Positions 29,261 through 39,609 are shown, counted from the stretch's first letter. The stretch is 64,000 nucleotides of DNA from Candidatus Bathyarchaeota archaeon (GCA_963771885.1 CAVYVF010000002.1:1-64000); one strand, 5' to 3'. Notes: generated by a model from the sequence alone, not told the origin. Made by a program: numbers and translations.

Positions 29261-29956
29261 AACTCCAGTTCATGCGACTATTTTTATCACTTTTTGAAAA
29301 GGAATCTTTACAAGGCTTCAGAGGTTTAAAAAATATGCGTGACTCCTTCAATTATTTCTCTTTTAGCCCGATTCCGGGTATGCTGTAGCCGACTCCTCCA
29401 GGGCTGAGCCTTAAAAGGTCGTATGCTCTCTCGCTGGGTGTACGCCCTCGACGTCCATGACGTGGTCCCACCCCTTCGCGATGTTATGGTATGGCGCGAT
29501 TGAGTGCACGACTCGGCTCGCGTAAAAGTCGAGCGCGAGCGCATGAAAAACTAGAAAAAACTTACTATGAACGAGTAATATCCATTCTAAGATAACTAAA
29601 TCCCAACTTATGCAGATGAACCCCAAAATTAACGCAAATGAGTAAAATGAACGAGATATGTTTCTAAACCTCTGCGCTAATACACGAGTTTTAGGAAAAC
29701 TTTTATTTCTTTTTATGTAAAAAAATAAAAAGTAGAAATTTTAAGGCCCATCTGTGGTTCGATAACGATTTGTATCATCCATTTTTTCTTTGACCACCAC
29801 GCACGCTCAACTAATTAGTTATTATTTGGATAGTCTGCCGTCACTCACCTAGAACTGCGCCTAAATATCGGCGCAAATCTTCGATATGGCTAAAATCTAA
29901 AAAACTATTCCTTCAAAAACCCAGAATAAAATGCCCTTTTTTTCTATAGGACACAC

Positions 29957-30109
29957 TCAAATTTTCTTTACCTTCAAAACAGGCTTGTCACGGTCTATTT
30001 CCAATTGTCCAACGCCACACTCGGCGCATAGATCAGGATAAATCTCGGTGTAAAATATGGTTTCTCTTCCACATTTTTTACACTTGTACCTTACTTTGTC
30101 TGATGCCGT
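29957..30109 (-). CDS. Zinc-finger microprotein (50 aa), apparent ACG start
   Basis: ASDKVRYKCKKCGRETIFYTEIYPDLCAECGVGQLEIDRDKPVLKVKKI*; TTAAATA about 31 nt upstream. Confidence 0.55.
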   Translation of the reverse strand, partial: TASDKVRYKCKKCGRETIFYTEIYPDLCAECGVGQLEIDRDKPVLKVKKI

Positions 30110-30282
30110 ACAGCTCGCCGCAGATTGAGGCTCACTTAGCTATTTAAGGGTTAAGGAAAAATAAATCCCGTGCGCGCGCGCCTCATAAATAATAGTATAA
30201 AGTCCACTCTCTAAACAAATATAAAATTAACAAAAAATGGGCAAATTGAATGGGGTAAGCATTCTATTCCTCTGCGCCAAAA

Positions 30283-30828
30283 TCATCCCCATTCTCGCCT
30301 CAGAAGAGACAACATGATCAAGTCAACGGGCTCACCGTACTCTATCTCGTATTCACGGAGCAGCCCGTCCCGCTTGAAGCCGCGCTTCTCTAGCACCCTT
30401 ACCGACTGTGGGTTCCTCGGGTCCACGAGAGCCTCGACTCTGTTCAGACCCATCACGGTGAAGCCGTGTTGAAGGACCTCGACGAGGGCTTCGGACATGT
30501 AGCCCTTGTTCCAGTGGCGCCTATCCAGCTTGTAGCCTATCTCGGCGCGTCTGTGTTTCTGTTCCCACTTCAGGTAACCTATATCGCCGATGTATGTATC
30601 CGAGTCCCGCTCGGTTATGATCCACCTGATGCCCTGCTTCTCACGGTATATGGATCGGTACCACTCGATCTCGAAGGCTGATTGTTCACGCTTCGTGTAT
30701 GGGGGCATACCATAATATCTCATGACCTCCTCGTCGCTCCCGACGGCAAACTGTACGATGATGTCTTCATCACGAGGTGCGCGCAGCCTCAGCCTAGCCG
30801 TTTCGTAGATGGGAAAATCAGCAGACAT
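30283..30828 (-). CDS. RimJ/RimL-type GNAT acetyltransferase
   Basis: ETARLRLR, AEIGYKL...WNKGYMSEA, N..SVRVLEKRGF. Confidence 0.92.
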   Translation of the reverse strand: MSADFPIYETARLRLRAPRDEDIIVQFAVGSDEEVMRYYGMPPYTKREQSAFEIEWYRSIYREKQGIRWIITERDSDTYIGDIGYLKWEQKHRRAEIGYKLDRRHWNKGYMSEALVEVLQHGFTVMGLNRVEALVDPRNPQSVRVLEKRGFKRDGLLREYEIEYGEPVDLIMLSLLRREWG

Positions 30829-31199
30829 GAAGACAGCTTATACAAATAGATAGAAAAGGGTTATTTCACGTTTTTCCGAATAATCGAAGCAATCCTGAGA
30901 GAGCCCCTATCAAAATCGAATCCCTAAGAGTTATGATGAAAAATGAAATTGGAAGGTTCGAATCTATTCTTCTACGCCAACAATCACCAGCAAGCGGGGT
31001 TTTTTCTCCGCACGCGAGATTTAGTATTAAAGAACAACTATGAATAAAGACGACAACAACGGCTTATAATTAATAGTTGAATTAACTACAATATTGATAC
31101 CCGTCACTGAAAAACCGATATATCAAGCACGTAACGACAAAGAACTTTCTCATTACGTGATAACAACCTCTGATATCCGTATAACCTCCTCCATTAACT

Positions 31200-32117
31200 A
31201 TGGCTTCAAGGCGACTCAATAAAACCGAGGAATGGCTCAGCCAGATCGAGTCCATACTTGAAAAACAAACAATTTCAAATAGAAAATGTTTGAGCATAAA
31301 CAGGCTCCTCAAATCCATCGATAAATACAACGCGATTCACAGCAGCGAACAGCTGACCAAAAAAAGAGCAAGAAACCTAATCCTTGAAGCCTCAAAGAGA
31401 ATAATAGAGAGAAGCCGCAAAACCCAAGAAAAGTCATTACAATGCAGTGAAGGCTCAAGAAGGAGACTCAGAGGCATCTCAAAAATCGTCCACCAACTCA
31501 GTGAGTTACTAGCAGGTGTAATCCTACACATCGAGGAAACCGACTACGCAAAAAACATTCTAACCGAATACATGCCCTACATCGAAGAAGCCGCCCGCTA
31601 TGCAACTCTTCTCAACCCCGAGACCGCAGCACTCATGCTCAGGATACTCGACACCGCCGAGACCATCGACTTCGAATACAATCATGGTCTAAGAGAAGTC
31701 TTCGAAGAGGTCATCCAACTCCAAATAGTCCAGAAAAACCCCGTCGCCTCAAAAATCCTGCTCAACCTAGCAGAAATCAGATTCAACGAAGGCGAGTACC
31801 TGACATCGTATCTGCTCTCAAGGGAGGCAGTGCGAACCATGCTCGAGGATCTCACAGGAGCATACCCCGAGGACCTATCCCCAGAGAACAAACCAGCCCC
31901 CGAATGGCGACTCGAAGACTACATAGGGCATCTCATGGAGATCGGTCTAATCCCCGAGGAACAAGGCAACATATTGGTGGAGCTATTCGTAGGCGAACCC
32001 GAACACCTTAACAGCAAATGGAAGAAGAGAAAGGATGCCGAGAAGGCAATAGGCGAGGTAAAAGTCTACTTCGAGTTAATGGGAACCGGTGGCGACGAAC
32101 ACAAAGAGTGGCTATAA
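31200..32117 (+). CDS. Hypothetical helical protein
   Basis: 305-aa ORF; no recognised motif. Confidence 0.65.
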   Translation: MASRRLNKTEEWLSQIESILEKQTISNRKCLSINRLLKSIDKYNAIHSSEQLTKKRARNLILEASKRIIERSRKTQEKSLQCSEGSRRRLRGISKIVHQLSELLAGVILHIEETDYAKNILTEYMPYIEEAARYATLLNPETAALMLRILDTAETIDFEYNHGLREVFEEVIQLQIVQKNPVASKILLNLAEIRFNEGEYLTSYLLSREAVRTMLEDLTGAYPEDLSPENKPAPEWRLEDYIGHLMEIGLIPEEQGNILVELFVGEPEHLNSKWKKRKDAEKAIGEVKVYFELMGTGGDEHKEWL

Positions 32118-32271
32118 CCTAACCCGCATTTGCAGGGGCGACAATCAAGTCGCGTGAAATCTTTGTTCACATGTTCTCGATGTGAGTCAAGGATTCTCAT
32201 GTTTACCCTATGGCAATTTTTGGTGTGGAAACTATTTTCTAGTCGGTTGCAGACTTGAACGACGACACAAC

Positions 32272-33168
32272 ATGGTGGAAAAAAAGGCGGGCAAGGACGT
32301 CGGCTACATCTTCATGAATCCCATGGTGGAGCGGAAGAAGAAGACCGTGAAGCCGGGCCAGACACACATCGACAACCACAGGTCTGGAACCATCGTCGCG
32401 GAAAACAAAGAGAGCCCCTGGTACAAGGCGACGTACTACTCGCACGGGAGCATCCTGCAGGACTCAGCGGGCAAGCTCATCAGGCAGGCGGCGTTCGTCG
32501 AGACGATAGACGCCGACGGCGACGTAACGTGGAGTATCCTCTGGGAGCCAAGCGACGGGAAGCCCACCTACCACTTCGTAGTCGGCACGGGGAAGTGGAA
32601 GGGCATAGCCGGCGAGGCGGTCATCACGGGCACACAGCGCCGCGCCGACGAGGGCACGATGGCGAACTACGAGATAAGCTGGGAGATCGACGAGAAGAAC
32701 GACCAGACCATACCCGCCTTCAACCCCAAGGGTCCATACACGAACAAGGCGTCTAGCCTCAGCTTCCACGGCCCCCACGTCACCGAGTCGATAAGGGAGC
32801 TATCCAACGGACTCAAACTCATTATCAACACACAGATAGGTGTCCTGCTGCCCGAGGACCCAGCTGTTCAGAGCCCACGCGGCTACGCGGCAAGCAACGA
32901 CAACGGGGTGACCGTGTGGAAAGATGGGGAGAGGCTCGCCGACGTGATGCTGCTCGAGGACTGCGACGCGGAGGGGGACATGTCGTGGCTCTGCCACGTC
33001 TGGTGGTACGCGAGGGGTCGCGGGTTGTACAAGTTCGTAGGAGGCACTGGGAAGTGGGAGGGCATCAGGGGTGAAGGAACCACGCTCCCCGCGATTCTCA
33101 AGCCTCGAACCGACGACTACCACTTCCTCAGGTCGGGGATACAGTGGAGGATAGACAACCCCAGCTGA
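32272..33168 (+). CDS. Hypothetical protein with an internal tandem duplication
   Basis: Two copies of DAxGDxxW...YxFVxGTGKWxGIxGE. Confidence 0.75.
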   Translation: MVEKKAGKDVGYIFMNPMVERKKKTVKPGQTHIDNHRSGTIVAENKESPWYKATYYSHGSILQDSAGKLIRQAAFVETIDADGDVTWSILWEPSDGKPTYHFVVGTGKWKGIAGEAVITGTQRRADEGTMANYEISWEIDEKNDQTIPAFNPKGPYTNKASSLSFHGPHVTESIRELSNGLKLIINTQIGVLLPEDPAVQSPRGYAASNDNGVTVWKDGERLADVMLLEDCDAEGDMSWLCHVWWYARGRGLYKFVGGTGKWEGIRGEGTTLPAILKPRTDDYHFLRSGIQWRIDNPS

Positions 33169-33305
33169 GAACGGGGATCGAATAAAGTACTAACACGGTT
33201 TCCGCCTTCAGCAGGAACGAGTTAACTGATATTAGAAGATTTGACTTTTCCAGTATCAACCCTGATGTGAACCGCGCGCGCCTATTCTAAGCCCTTGAAG
33301 CGCGC

Positions 33306-33434
33306 TCACATATCCCGTGATGGGTAATGCTTCTTCGTCCCGCGAACAGTCTTCAAAGCATCTTGTAGTTTATTGTCCCGCTTCTCGAATTCGGTAAATA
33401 ATCTGTAACCCTTCTTCTCCTCTTTGGTTTTCAA
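33306..33434 (-). CDS. Small basic protein (42 aa, not in ORF track)
   Basis: MKTKEEKKGYRLFTEFEKRDNKLQDALKTVRGTKKHYPSRDM*; GGAG upstream; stop abuts gcgcgc. Confidence 0.35.
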   Translation of the reverse strand: MKTKEEKKGYRLFTEFEKRDNKLQDALKTVRGTKKHYPSRDM

Positions 33435-33529
33435 CGGCTTATCTACTCCATGAATTATTTAGGAGGCGTAGTTAAAGAACCTACAAATTCGTATGGGAGG
33501 CCTTCGGATTCTTTTCTCAGGAGTATCCG

Positions 33530-33949
33530 CTAAAAGATCGTTACTTCACCCGTGGTGCCATTTACCTCGACTATGTCTCCAGTCTTTATCGCCTTAATCG
33601 GGTCCTCAGAAAGACGGTCCACCATGGGCATATCCTTGTCGTAGAATTTCTTCGCCATCAGGCCCCCGGCCGCAGTTATCGTCTCTATCTTCACGTTTAT
33701 GATGGCCGCCGGGGCGCAGCCGGTGCGAACAAGCTCGAGAACCACAGCCGCGCCCACGGTGGAGCCCCTGCCCTCAGGGTACACCAGCACCTTCCCCTTG
33801 ATGTTCTTCCCGTAGAGCTCATGCCACTTATCGATCACCAGACCAGTGGACGGATCCACGCCCCCAAAAAAGCCGAAAGGCTGAGTCGATACGAGAGCCT
33901 CACCCTTCGCGATCCCCTCGATTACGCCTCTCCCCATAATTTTCCTCAT
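33530..33949 (-). CDS. Aconitase X swivel (DUF126) subunit
   Basis: GEALVS...FFGGVDP.TG...H...G...GRGSTVG. Confidence 0.92.
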   Translation of the reverse strand: MRKIMGRGVIEGIAKGEALVSTQPFGFFGGVDPSTGLVIDKWHELYGKNIKGKVLVYPEGRGSTVGAAVVLELVRTGCAPAAIINVKIETITAAGGLMAKKFYDKDMPMVDRLSEDPIKAIKTGDIVEVNGTTGEVTIF

Positions 33950-33963
33950 AATCACCCATCTCC

Positions 33964-35199
33964 CTACTTCGACAGCCTGCCTGAAACCGCGGCCTCCACA
34001 CACTCATCCACACCGGCGAATATGATCTCCGTGCGACACTCCGCTGGACCATAATAACTGCATTTCCCGGAGTCCGTCATCATCGTTCTGAAGTTCCAGT
34101 TCGCTATAGGCGATATGACCATGCACGTCTCCGCGCGGATCACGACGCCGGCCTCCTCAAGCGACTTGCGCAGACCCATCTTCTCCGCAAGGTCGATGGC
34201 GTAGCTGTTTGCGTAGATCCAGAAGTTAGTGCCCGGGTTCACCCTACGCCCGTTGAGTAACCTATGGACGTTAACAATCTCATTTATCGTATACTGCGGG
34301 CACCCCAGAGCGACGAAGTCAATCTCGTCTCCCTTGTAGGTGCACATAGAATTGCGCGTCTTCAACAAGTCCTCGGCCGTGACGACGAATTCATCGACCG
34401 GCTTCTTAGGTCCGAAGGCTTCCTCCAGCGTCCTGGCTTCGGGCGTCACCCCGACGATGTGGAGCAGGGTCACGGAGCCCGAGGCCGCCGCGGCGGCGCA
34501 GAGAGACTTTAGACTCTCATGCTTCGGGGCACCCTTCATCCCATCGACGACGCCGATGCGGCTGCCGAGCCTCTTACCAAGGAGATAGCCGAGGGCAGGG
34601 TACTCCCACGACTTCAACTCCCTATCCACGTTGAGATGTATGAGAACCTCACCGTAACGGTTTTCCTGGAGGTGAAGACCCGTCTCAGGCACCTTCCCCA
34701 GGATGCCGCAGCATATGTCGACGATCGCCGTCTGCCTGTTTGTCCTCGCGCCTATTACCGTGTTTGCGTAGGCGACCGCGGATGACTCCGACCATGCGAG
34801 GTGGTCTCCGAACCGGGGCGCGTTGAACCCATAGTAGGGGGTGCACGTCCAGACGGGTATCACACCCATCTTCATCACGGCTTCCTCGAGCCTTATCTGC
34901 TGCTTCGCATAGCTTTCAGGGGTTTTCGCGCCCCTCCAGTCCTCCGCATCCATCCCATAGGGGTCGATGGTCGTGGGCACGATGAACTTGCCACCCATCT
35001 CCGCTATCTTGACGGCAGCGTCTACACCCGCGTCGAAGGCACTCTTATACGCGTGAAGAACGAGGTGGACACTCTGAATTGGAATTAATCGCTCGGCTTC
35101 GTTGATCTCGCCGACTTTCTTCATAATCTCCATGGCCAGCTTCGGAGCCTCGCCCTCAGCTCCCTCTAAAATCGCTTTTTCCTGCTCGGTTAGATGCAT
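33964..35199 (-). CDS. Aconitase X catalytic (DUF521) subunit
   Basis: TCTPY, AWSESSAV.YAN.V.GARTN, LGCP, TCMV, TDSGK. Confidence 0.93.
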   Translation of the reverse strand: MHLTEQEKAILEGAEGEAPKLAMEIMKKVGEINEAERLIPIQSVHLVLHAYKSAFDAGVDAAVKIAEMGGKFIVPTTIDPYGMDAEDWRGAKTPESYAKQQIRLEEAVMKMGVIPVWTCTPYYGFNAPRFGDHLAWSESSAVAYANTVIGARTNRQTAIVDICCGILGKVPETGLHLQENRYGEVLIHLNVDRELKSWEYPALGYLLGKRLGSRIGVVDGMKGAPKHESLKSLCAAAAASGSVTLLHIVGVTPEARTLEEAFGPKKPVDEFVVTAEDLLKTRNSMCTYKGDEIDFVALGCPQYTINEIVNVHRLLNGRRVNPGTNFWIYANSYAIDLAEKMGLRKSLEEAGVVIRAETCMVISPIANWNFRTMMTDSGKCSYYGPAECRTEIIFAGVDECVEAAVSGRLSK

Positions 35200-35455
35200 C
35201 CTGACGCCCCTTCCTAGTTATCCCCGGAATATTCTATTAAAAGCTCCTGATATGCGAATTGTCCCAGGGATTTCAGTCCCTTCTATCCCGGGGACTGTAA
35301 GGTTTTTTACCCGAACTCACCGCGTGCTGGCCTGTCATTCTCCCGCGGATGCCTCCACACTCCACAACACCTTATACATGAAAAGAAGGCAACCCTAGCA
35401 AGGGTTATTTTTCATACCTCAACCCCTTTAAACGCGGCCACCCCGATGCAGCCCC

Positions 35456-35977
35456 ATGGGAAACGATGGCACGTGGGGAAGCCTATACAGCAACTACGTT
35501 AAACTCGCAATCGAGAAAGGCGCATCCGATGCGAAGGCCATCCTCGCCACATCTATAAAGACGGCTAGCTGGACCCGGCTCAGGTGCCAGTACGGCTGCC
35601 CCCGTTACAACACGAACCTCTGCTGCCCTCCATACACACCAACAGCGGAGGAGACCCAGAAAGCGATAGATGACTACGATTACGCCCTACTCATCAAGTT
35701 CACATCGATGGCCGATGTGAAGAAAGCTATGCCGGAGATTGAGCGCGCCATATTCCTAGACGGCAAATACAAGGCATTCAGCTTCAAGGCGGGTAGCTGC
35801 GCCTTCTGCGAGAAGTGCAACTTAAAGAACTGCGTACACCCAGCCCAGGCACGGCCAACGATGGAAGCATCTGGCATCGACGTCTATGAGACGGTTAGGA
35901 GGAACGGCTTCACTGTCGAGGTCCTCAAGGACAAGGATTGCCAGGGCAGCTTCTTCGGGCTTGTGCTGATTGAATAA
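35456..35977 (+). CDS. DUF2284 Cys-rich metal-binding protein
   Basis: RCQYGCPRY..NLCCPP, GSCAFCEKC, ARPTMEASGIDV. Confidence 0.92.
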   Translation: MGNDGTWGSLYSNYVKLAIEKGASDAKAILATSIKTASWTRLRCQYGCPRYNTNLCCPPYTPTAEETQKAIDDYDYALLIKFTSMADVKKAMPEIERAIFLDGKYKAFSFKAGSCAFCEKCNLKNCVHPAQARPTMEASGIDVYETVRRNGFTVEVLKDKDCQGSFFGLVLIE

Positions 35978-36074
35978 TCTCATCACTTACTCTGGAGCGT
36001 CGGCGAGGCAAGAGCCTGAGTAGTAATCGATCCCAGATTTAAGAACCCCCGTTCACACCCAACGATCGACCCTA

Positions 36075-36471
36075 ATGGACCCAACAATCATACATTTTGA
36101 GATACCCGCCGAGAACCTACGAGAAGCTCAAGGGCTTCTACGAGAAGGTCTTTGGCTGGAAGATCGTGAAGCACCCTCCCGTGCCAGGCGTCGATATGGA
36201 ATACTGGAGCATCCAGACTGTACCAATAGACGAGAAGGGGATGCTCCTCCGCCCCGGCGTCAACGGAGGCATGTACAAGAAGGAAATGGCGGGAGCCATC
36301 CCTGTCAGCTACGTCGCTGTCGAAGACATAGACCGCGCCCTCAAGGAAGCAAAGAGGCTCGGTGCTAAAATCGTCAGCGACAAAGCCGAGATACCAACTA
36401 TCGGCAAGTTCGCAATCGTCCTCGACCCAGAGGGAAACCCCATCGGAATAATGCAGCCAGCCATGATATAG
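36075..36471 (+). CDS. VOC/glyoxalase family protein (frameshift near 36115)
   Basis: IIHFEIPA + KGFYEKVFGW...NGG...DPEGNPIGI. Confidence 0.9.
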
Positions 36472-36528
36472 GATGCAGAATCTTCACGTGCAACATTCTA
36501 AATAGTAGTTTTATCGAAAGAAACAACT

Positions 36529-37470
36529 ATGAAGCTAGGATTTTATACGAACTACGACGAGAAGACCGTCGAATTCGCGCACAAAGTCGGGTTCCGGAGC
36601 ATGGAGCTCTCGGCGTGGCCCGACTCGAGCCTGAACGCCGACAATGTGACTGACAGGCGCATAAAGGAGGTCAAGAAGGACCTCGCGGCGCACGATATCG
36701 AGATATCGGCGCTGGGCTACTACCCTAACTACCTCGACCCGAACCCGAAGCACGCCAAGGAGGCGATCAGGTACTTCGGCAAGGTCATGGAACTCGCCAC
36801 GCGGATGGATGTGGATGTAGTGTGCACATTCGCTGGGAGGAATATGCCTATGTCGATCAAGGAGAACATCCCGCTCTTCGAGAAGGTCTTCACACCCTTC
36901 TGCGCCGAAGCTGAGAAGCGGAGCATAAAGATCGCCATCGAGAACTGCCCAATGATGGACAGATTCTACCTCCGAGGCGAGAACATCGCAATCAGCCCCG
37001 AAGTCTGGGACGAGATGTACAAAGTCGTCAAGAGCAAGGCGCTCGGCATCGAACTCGACCCCAGCCACATGATCTGGCAAGGCATCGATTACGTGCAAGC
37101 CATATACGACTACGGCGACCGCATCTTCCACATACACGCCAAGGACATGGAGATCAACCAGAAGGTGTTGAAACGCGTCGGCATCATCGGCCAGTGCTTC
37201 GGCGAGACAGTGGGCCTCGGCCACGGCTGGTGGCGGGCACGCCTCCCCGGCTGGGGCCTCATGGACTGGCCCAAATTCCTCACCGCCCTCATCGAGGTCG
37301 GCTACAAGGGCAACATCGACATCGAGCACGAAGACGACGTCTTCGCCGCCGCCTACGCTAAGGAACACATAGAGACCGAGTCCGGCATCGTTGAGAAGTA
37401 CGGCCGCGAGGAAAAGGGACTCATCCTAGGCTACAACTACCTCTCCAAGATCATGCCCGTCGAGGAATAA
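36529..37470 (+). CDS. Sugar phosphate isomerase/epimerase (xylose isomerase-like TIM barrel)
   Basis: IAIENCP, DPSH, HIHAKD, IEHED. Confidence 0.92.
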   Translation: MKLGFYTNYDEKTVEFAHKVGFRSMELSAWPDSSLNADNVTDRRIKEVKKDLAAHDIEISALGYYPNYLDPNPKHAKEAIRYFGKVMELATRMDVDVVCTFAGRNMPMSIKENIPLFEKVFTPFCAEAEKRSIKIAIENCPMMDRFYLRGENIAISPEVWDEMYKVVKSKALGIELDPSHMIWQGIDYVQAIYDYGDRIFHIHAKDMEINQKVLKRVGIIGQCFGETVGLGHGWWRARLPGWGLMDWPKFLTALIEVGYKGNIDIEHEDDVFAAAYAKEHIETESGIVEKYGREEKGLILGYNYLSKIMPVEE

Positions 37471-37554
37471 CCCCCTTCTTAGAAGGTATACACGCCACTC
37501 GGTAAACACCTAAATCCTGGGAAACAATAGACTACCTACCCGAGGGATCTACGC

Positions 37555-38025
37555 GTGATAGGGCCGATACAGGTTGACATTCTCGAGCGCCTACACATGG
37601 CGCCAAACGGTCTACCCGTCATCGAGCTCCTGCGGAACTACCGCTACAAGCAGGGAGGCGAGAGGAGCCTCGCGAGCCTCCAGCGCGCAGGCTACATAAG
37701 AGTCACCAATGGCCTCGCCCACTTCGAGAGGTACCCCGAAGAGATGCAGCCACGCGTAACCATCAAGACCTACTCCCCCGAGCAGCTCAACGAACTCGAC
37801 GACATGAGCCGCATGAACCTCCTCTACCTATACCAGGACGAGTTGGCAAAGTACAAGGACGGCGTCGTCCCAGCCAGCGCACTACCAACGGGAGTTAAAA
37901 AGAGCCTCCAACACCTAGGCGTGATAAAATGGAAGATACTTGAGCTGACTGACCTAGGGCGCAGACTCCTCGGAGAGATACTCTCTCGGTCGACAGCGCC
38001 GATGCCCGCATTAGTCGGCTACTAA
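37555..38025 (+). CDS. Hypothetical protein (possible wHTH)
   Basis: 156-aa ORF with host-like codon usage; LELTDLGR wing-like end. Confidence 0.6.
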   Translation: MIGPIQVDILERLHMAPNGLPVIELLRNYRYKQGGERSLASLQRAGYIRVTNGLAHFERYPEEMQPRVTIKTYSPEQLNELDDMSRMNLLYLYQDELAKYKDGVVPASALPTGVKKSLQHLGVIKWKILELTDLGRRLLGEILSRSTAPMPALVGY

Positions 38026-38127
38026 AACAACGGTGAACCAGAGAGATTCCTCTCCCCGTTTTCATCGAAATAAAATCAATAAGCGATTCTTAGCGGTTTT
38101 ACCCGCTCGAAAGGCTCACGTTGTGGC

Positions 38128-38298
38128 TTAGTACCTTCTCGGTGGTCTGTGCTTGGCGAAGCACTCTTGACAGTAGACCGGACGGCCCTCTGTCGGCTTG
38201 AAGGGGACTTCTGTCTCCTTTCCACAGTCAGAGCACGTTACCTTGTGCATCTCGCGTGGTCCACTACGGTCAAAGCTACGCCTTTCTCTATAACCCAT
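38128..38298 (-). CDS. CxxC-x17-CxxC small zinc-finger protein (56 aa, not in ORF track)
   Basis: MGYRERRSFDRSGPREMHKVTCSDCGKETEVPFKPTEGRPVYCQECFAKHRPPRRY; GGAGTGA SD. Confidence 0.92.
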   Translation of the reverse strand: MGYRERRSFDRSGPREMHKVTCSDCGKETEVPFKPTEGRPVYCQECFAKHRPPRRY

Positions 38299-38385
38299 TT
38301 CATTCACTCCTTGTTCAGTATAACGGTCACCGTTTAGGTAGCCACTATACGCGTTATCGGATACTTTCGCTGGTTTTAAAGGTAT

Positions 38386-39609
38386 TTATTTGTTAAAGCG
38401 AGGTTTCCTGCTTCTCATCCTACTCACCCTGTCTACTATCCTCTTTAACCCCTCATAGTCAGCATGGAGGAAGTCGGCGTCGCTGAGGCCCTTGAGGTCC
38501 TCTGGGACGACTCCCTTTGCCTTCGCCTTCTTCAGCCTGTTCCTGAGCTGAGCCGCCTGCGAGATGACCTTCCTACGTTCGACGTTGGCGGGTGGGTCCT
38601 GGACGAGCTCGCTCATCAGGTAGGCTTCCTCGCGTGTGCCGATGGGTGTGACGTATGAGGCGTCGTCGGGGATACCTGCGAAGGACGGGTCGTGAGGCTC
38701 CTGCTGGTACCAGTAAGCGAGGCTTGAGTAGTCCTGCTGGAGCATATTGCAGTTGCCGTGCTCGATCTGGACACTGATGCTCTCCGTAAAGGGAATGGGG
38801 TCGGGGATGTGTAAGCGGTAAGCACAGTATTTGCTGTGCATCTTATCGCCAACAGTTAGGCCGTGGAACGGCGCGCTGAAGGGGCCGTTCTCCCAGTACC
38901 AGCCACCCTGGAAGTAGTCCTCGGTGCCTGTGCCCCTGATACTTGGCTCCTTCTCGCCATCGACCCAGATCATCTCGTCACCCTCCAGCATCTGGCGGCT
39001 CCCCTTGTCGTACTCCTGCATGCTGAGGACGACACCGCAGTAGTGGCCGCGGCCTTTTGCTTCGAGGATGGTGTAGTTCTTGTCCTGTGTAGTGGGGTTT
39101 TCTCGTCTCCACTTGGCGTGGAAGCGAGGGGTGTCCTTAGAGACGTCGGTCTCGTGAATCTGTATACCATAGTAGAGGTGAGATACATCGACGTCCCCGA
39201 TGTTGCGCGCCTCGAAGCGGGCGCCCTTTGTGAAGGGCATGGGCCAGTAGCTGTAGAAGCCGCCGCTCGTCACGCCCTGTATGAGGCTCATGTTCTGGGC
39301 GTACTCGCTGAAGCCTACGCCGAAGAAGTCGCCGAAAGGCGTCTCGACGCTAGGGTTCTCCTCCCCATCCCAGTAGAAGCGGAGGATGAGCTTACGATAG
39401 ACGTCCTTATCGGGGCACATGACAGTAAACCACAACCTACTCACCCAGCCGGGACCGTCTATCTTCCCCAACTGCACCGTCTCCCCCGCGGGGATGGGTA
39501 CAAAGTCGAGGTTGCCTCCCGACGAGTCACTGCTGGATAGCTGCCGCGTCTTCCACTTCTTGAGACCAGGGAGGTCGCCCGCCCCGAAGCCGCCTATACC
39601 TGAGAACAT
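38386..39609 (-). CDS. DUF2961 / glycoside hydrolase family 172
   Basis: YWDGEENPSVETPFGDFF, EGDE, GTGTEDYF, IEHG. Confidence 0.93.
   Translation of the reverse strand: MFSGIGGFGAGDLPGLKKWKTRQLSSSDSSGGNLDFVPIPAGETVQLGKIDGPGWVSRLWFTVMCPDKDVYRKLILRFYWDGEENPSVETPFGDFFGVGFSEYAQNMSLIQGVTSGGFYSYWPMPFTKGARFEARNIGDVDVSHLYYGIQIHETDVSKDTPRFHAKWRRENPTTQDKNYTILEAKGRGHYCGVVLSMQEYDKGSRQMLEGDEMIWVDGEKEPSIRGTGTEDYFQGGWYWENGPFSAPFHGLTVGDKMHSKYCAYRLHIPDPIPFTESISVQIEHGNCNMLQQDYSSLAYWYQQEPHDPSFAGIPDDASYVTPIGTREEAYLMSELVQDPPANVERRKVISQAAQLRNRLKKAKAKGVVPEDLKGLSDADFLHADYEGLKRIVDRVSRMRSRKPRFNK

Larger units (their letters stand above)
26697..30279. mobile_element. Degraded integrative element at the tRNA-Ser 3' end
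   Basis: 13-bp direct repeat TTCCTCTGCGCCA at 26697-26709 and 30267-30279; AT-rich cargo; integrase-like stub. Confidence 0.65.

Noticed and set aside
29326..29626. Short minus-strand ORFs in the island
   Set aside because: No recognisable motif or convincing start; may be relic sequence.
35261..35300. CAGTCCC...GGGACTG inverted repeat between divergent genes
   Set aside because: Single short hairpin; cannot be distinguished from chance.
38149..38337. 62-aa plus-strand ORF
   Set aside because: Antisense to the CxxC-x17-CxxC gene.
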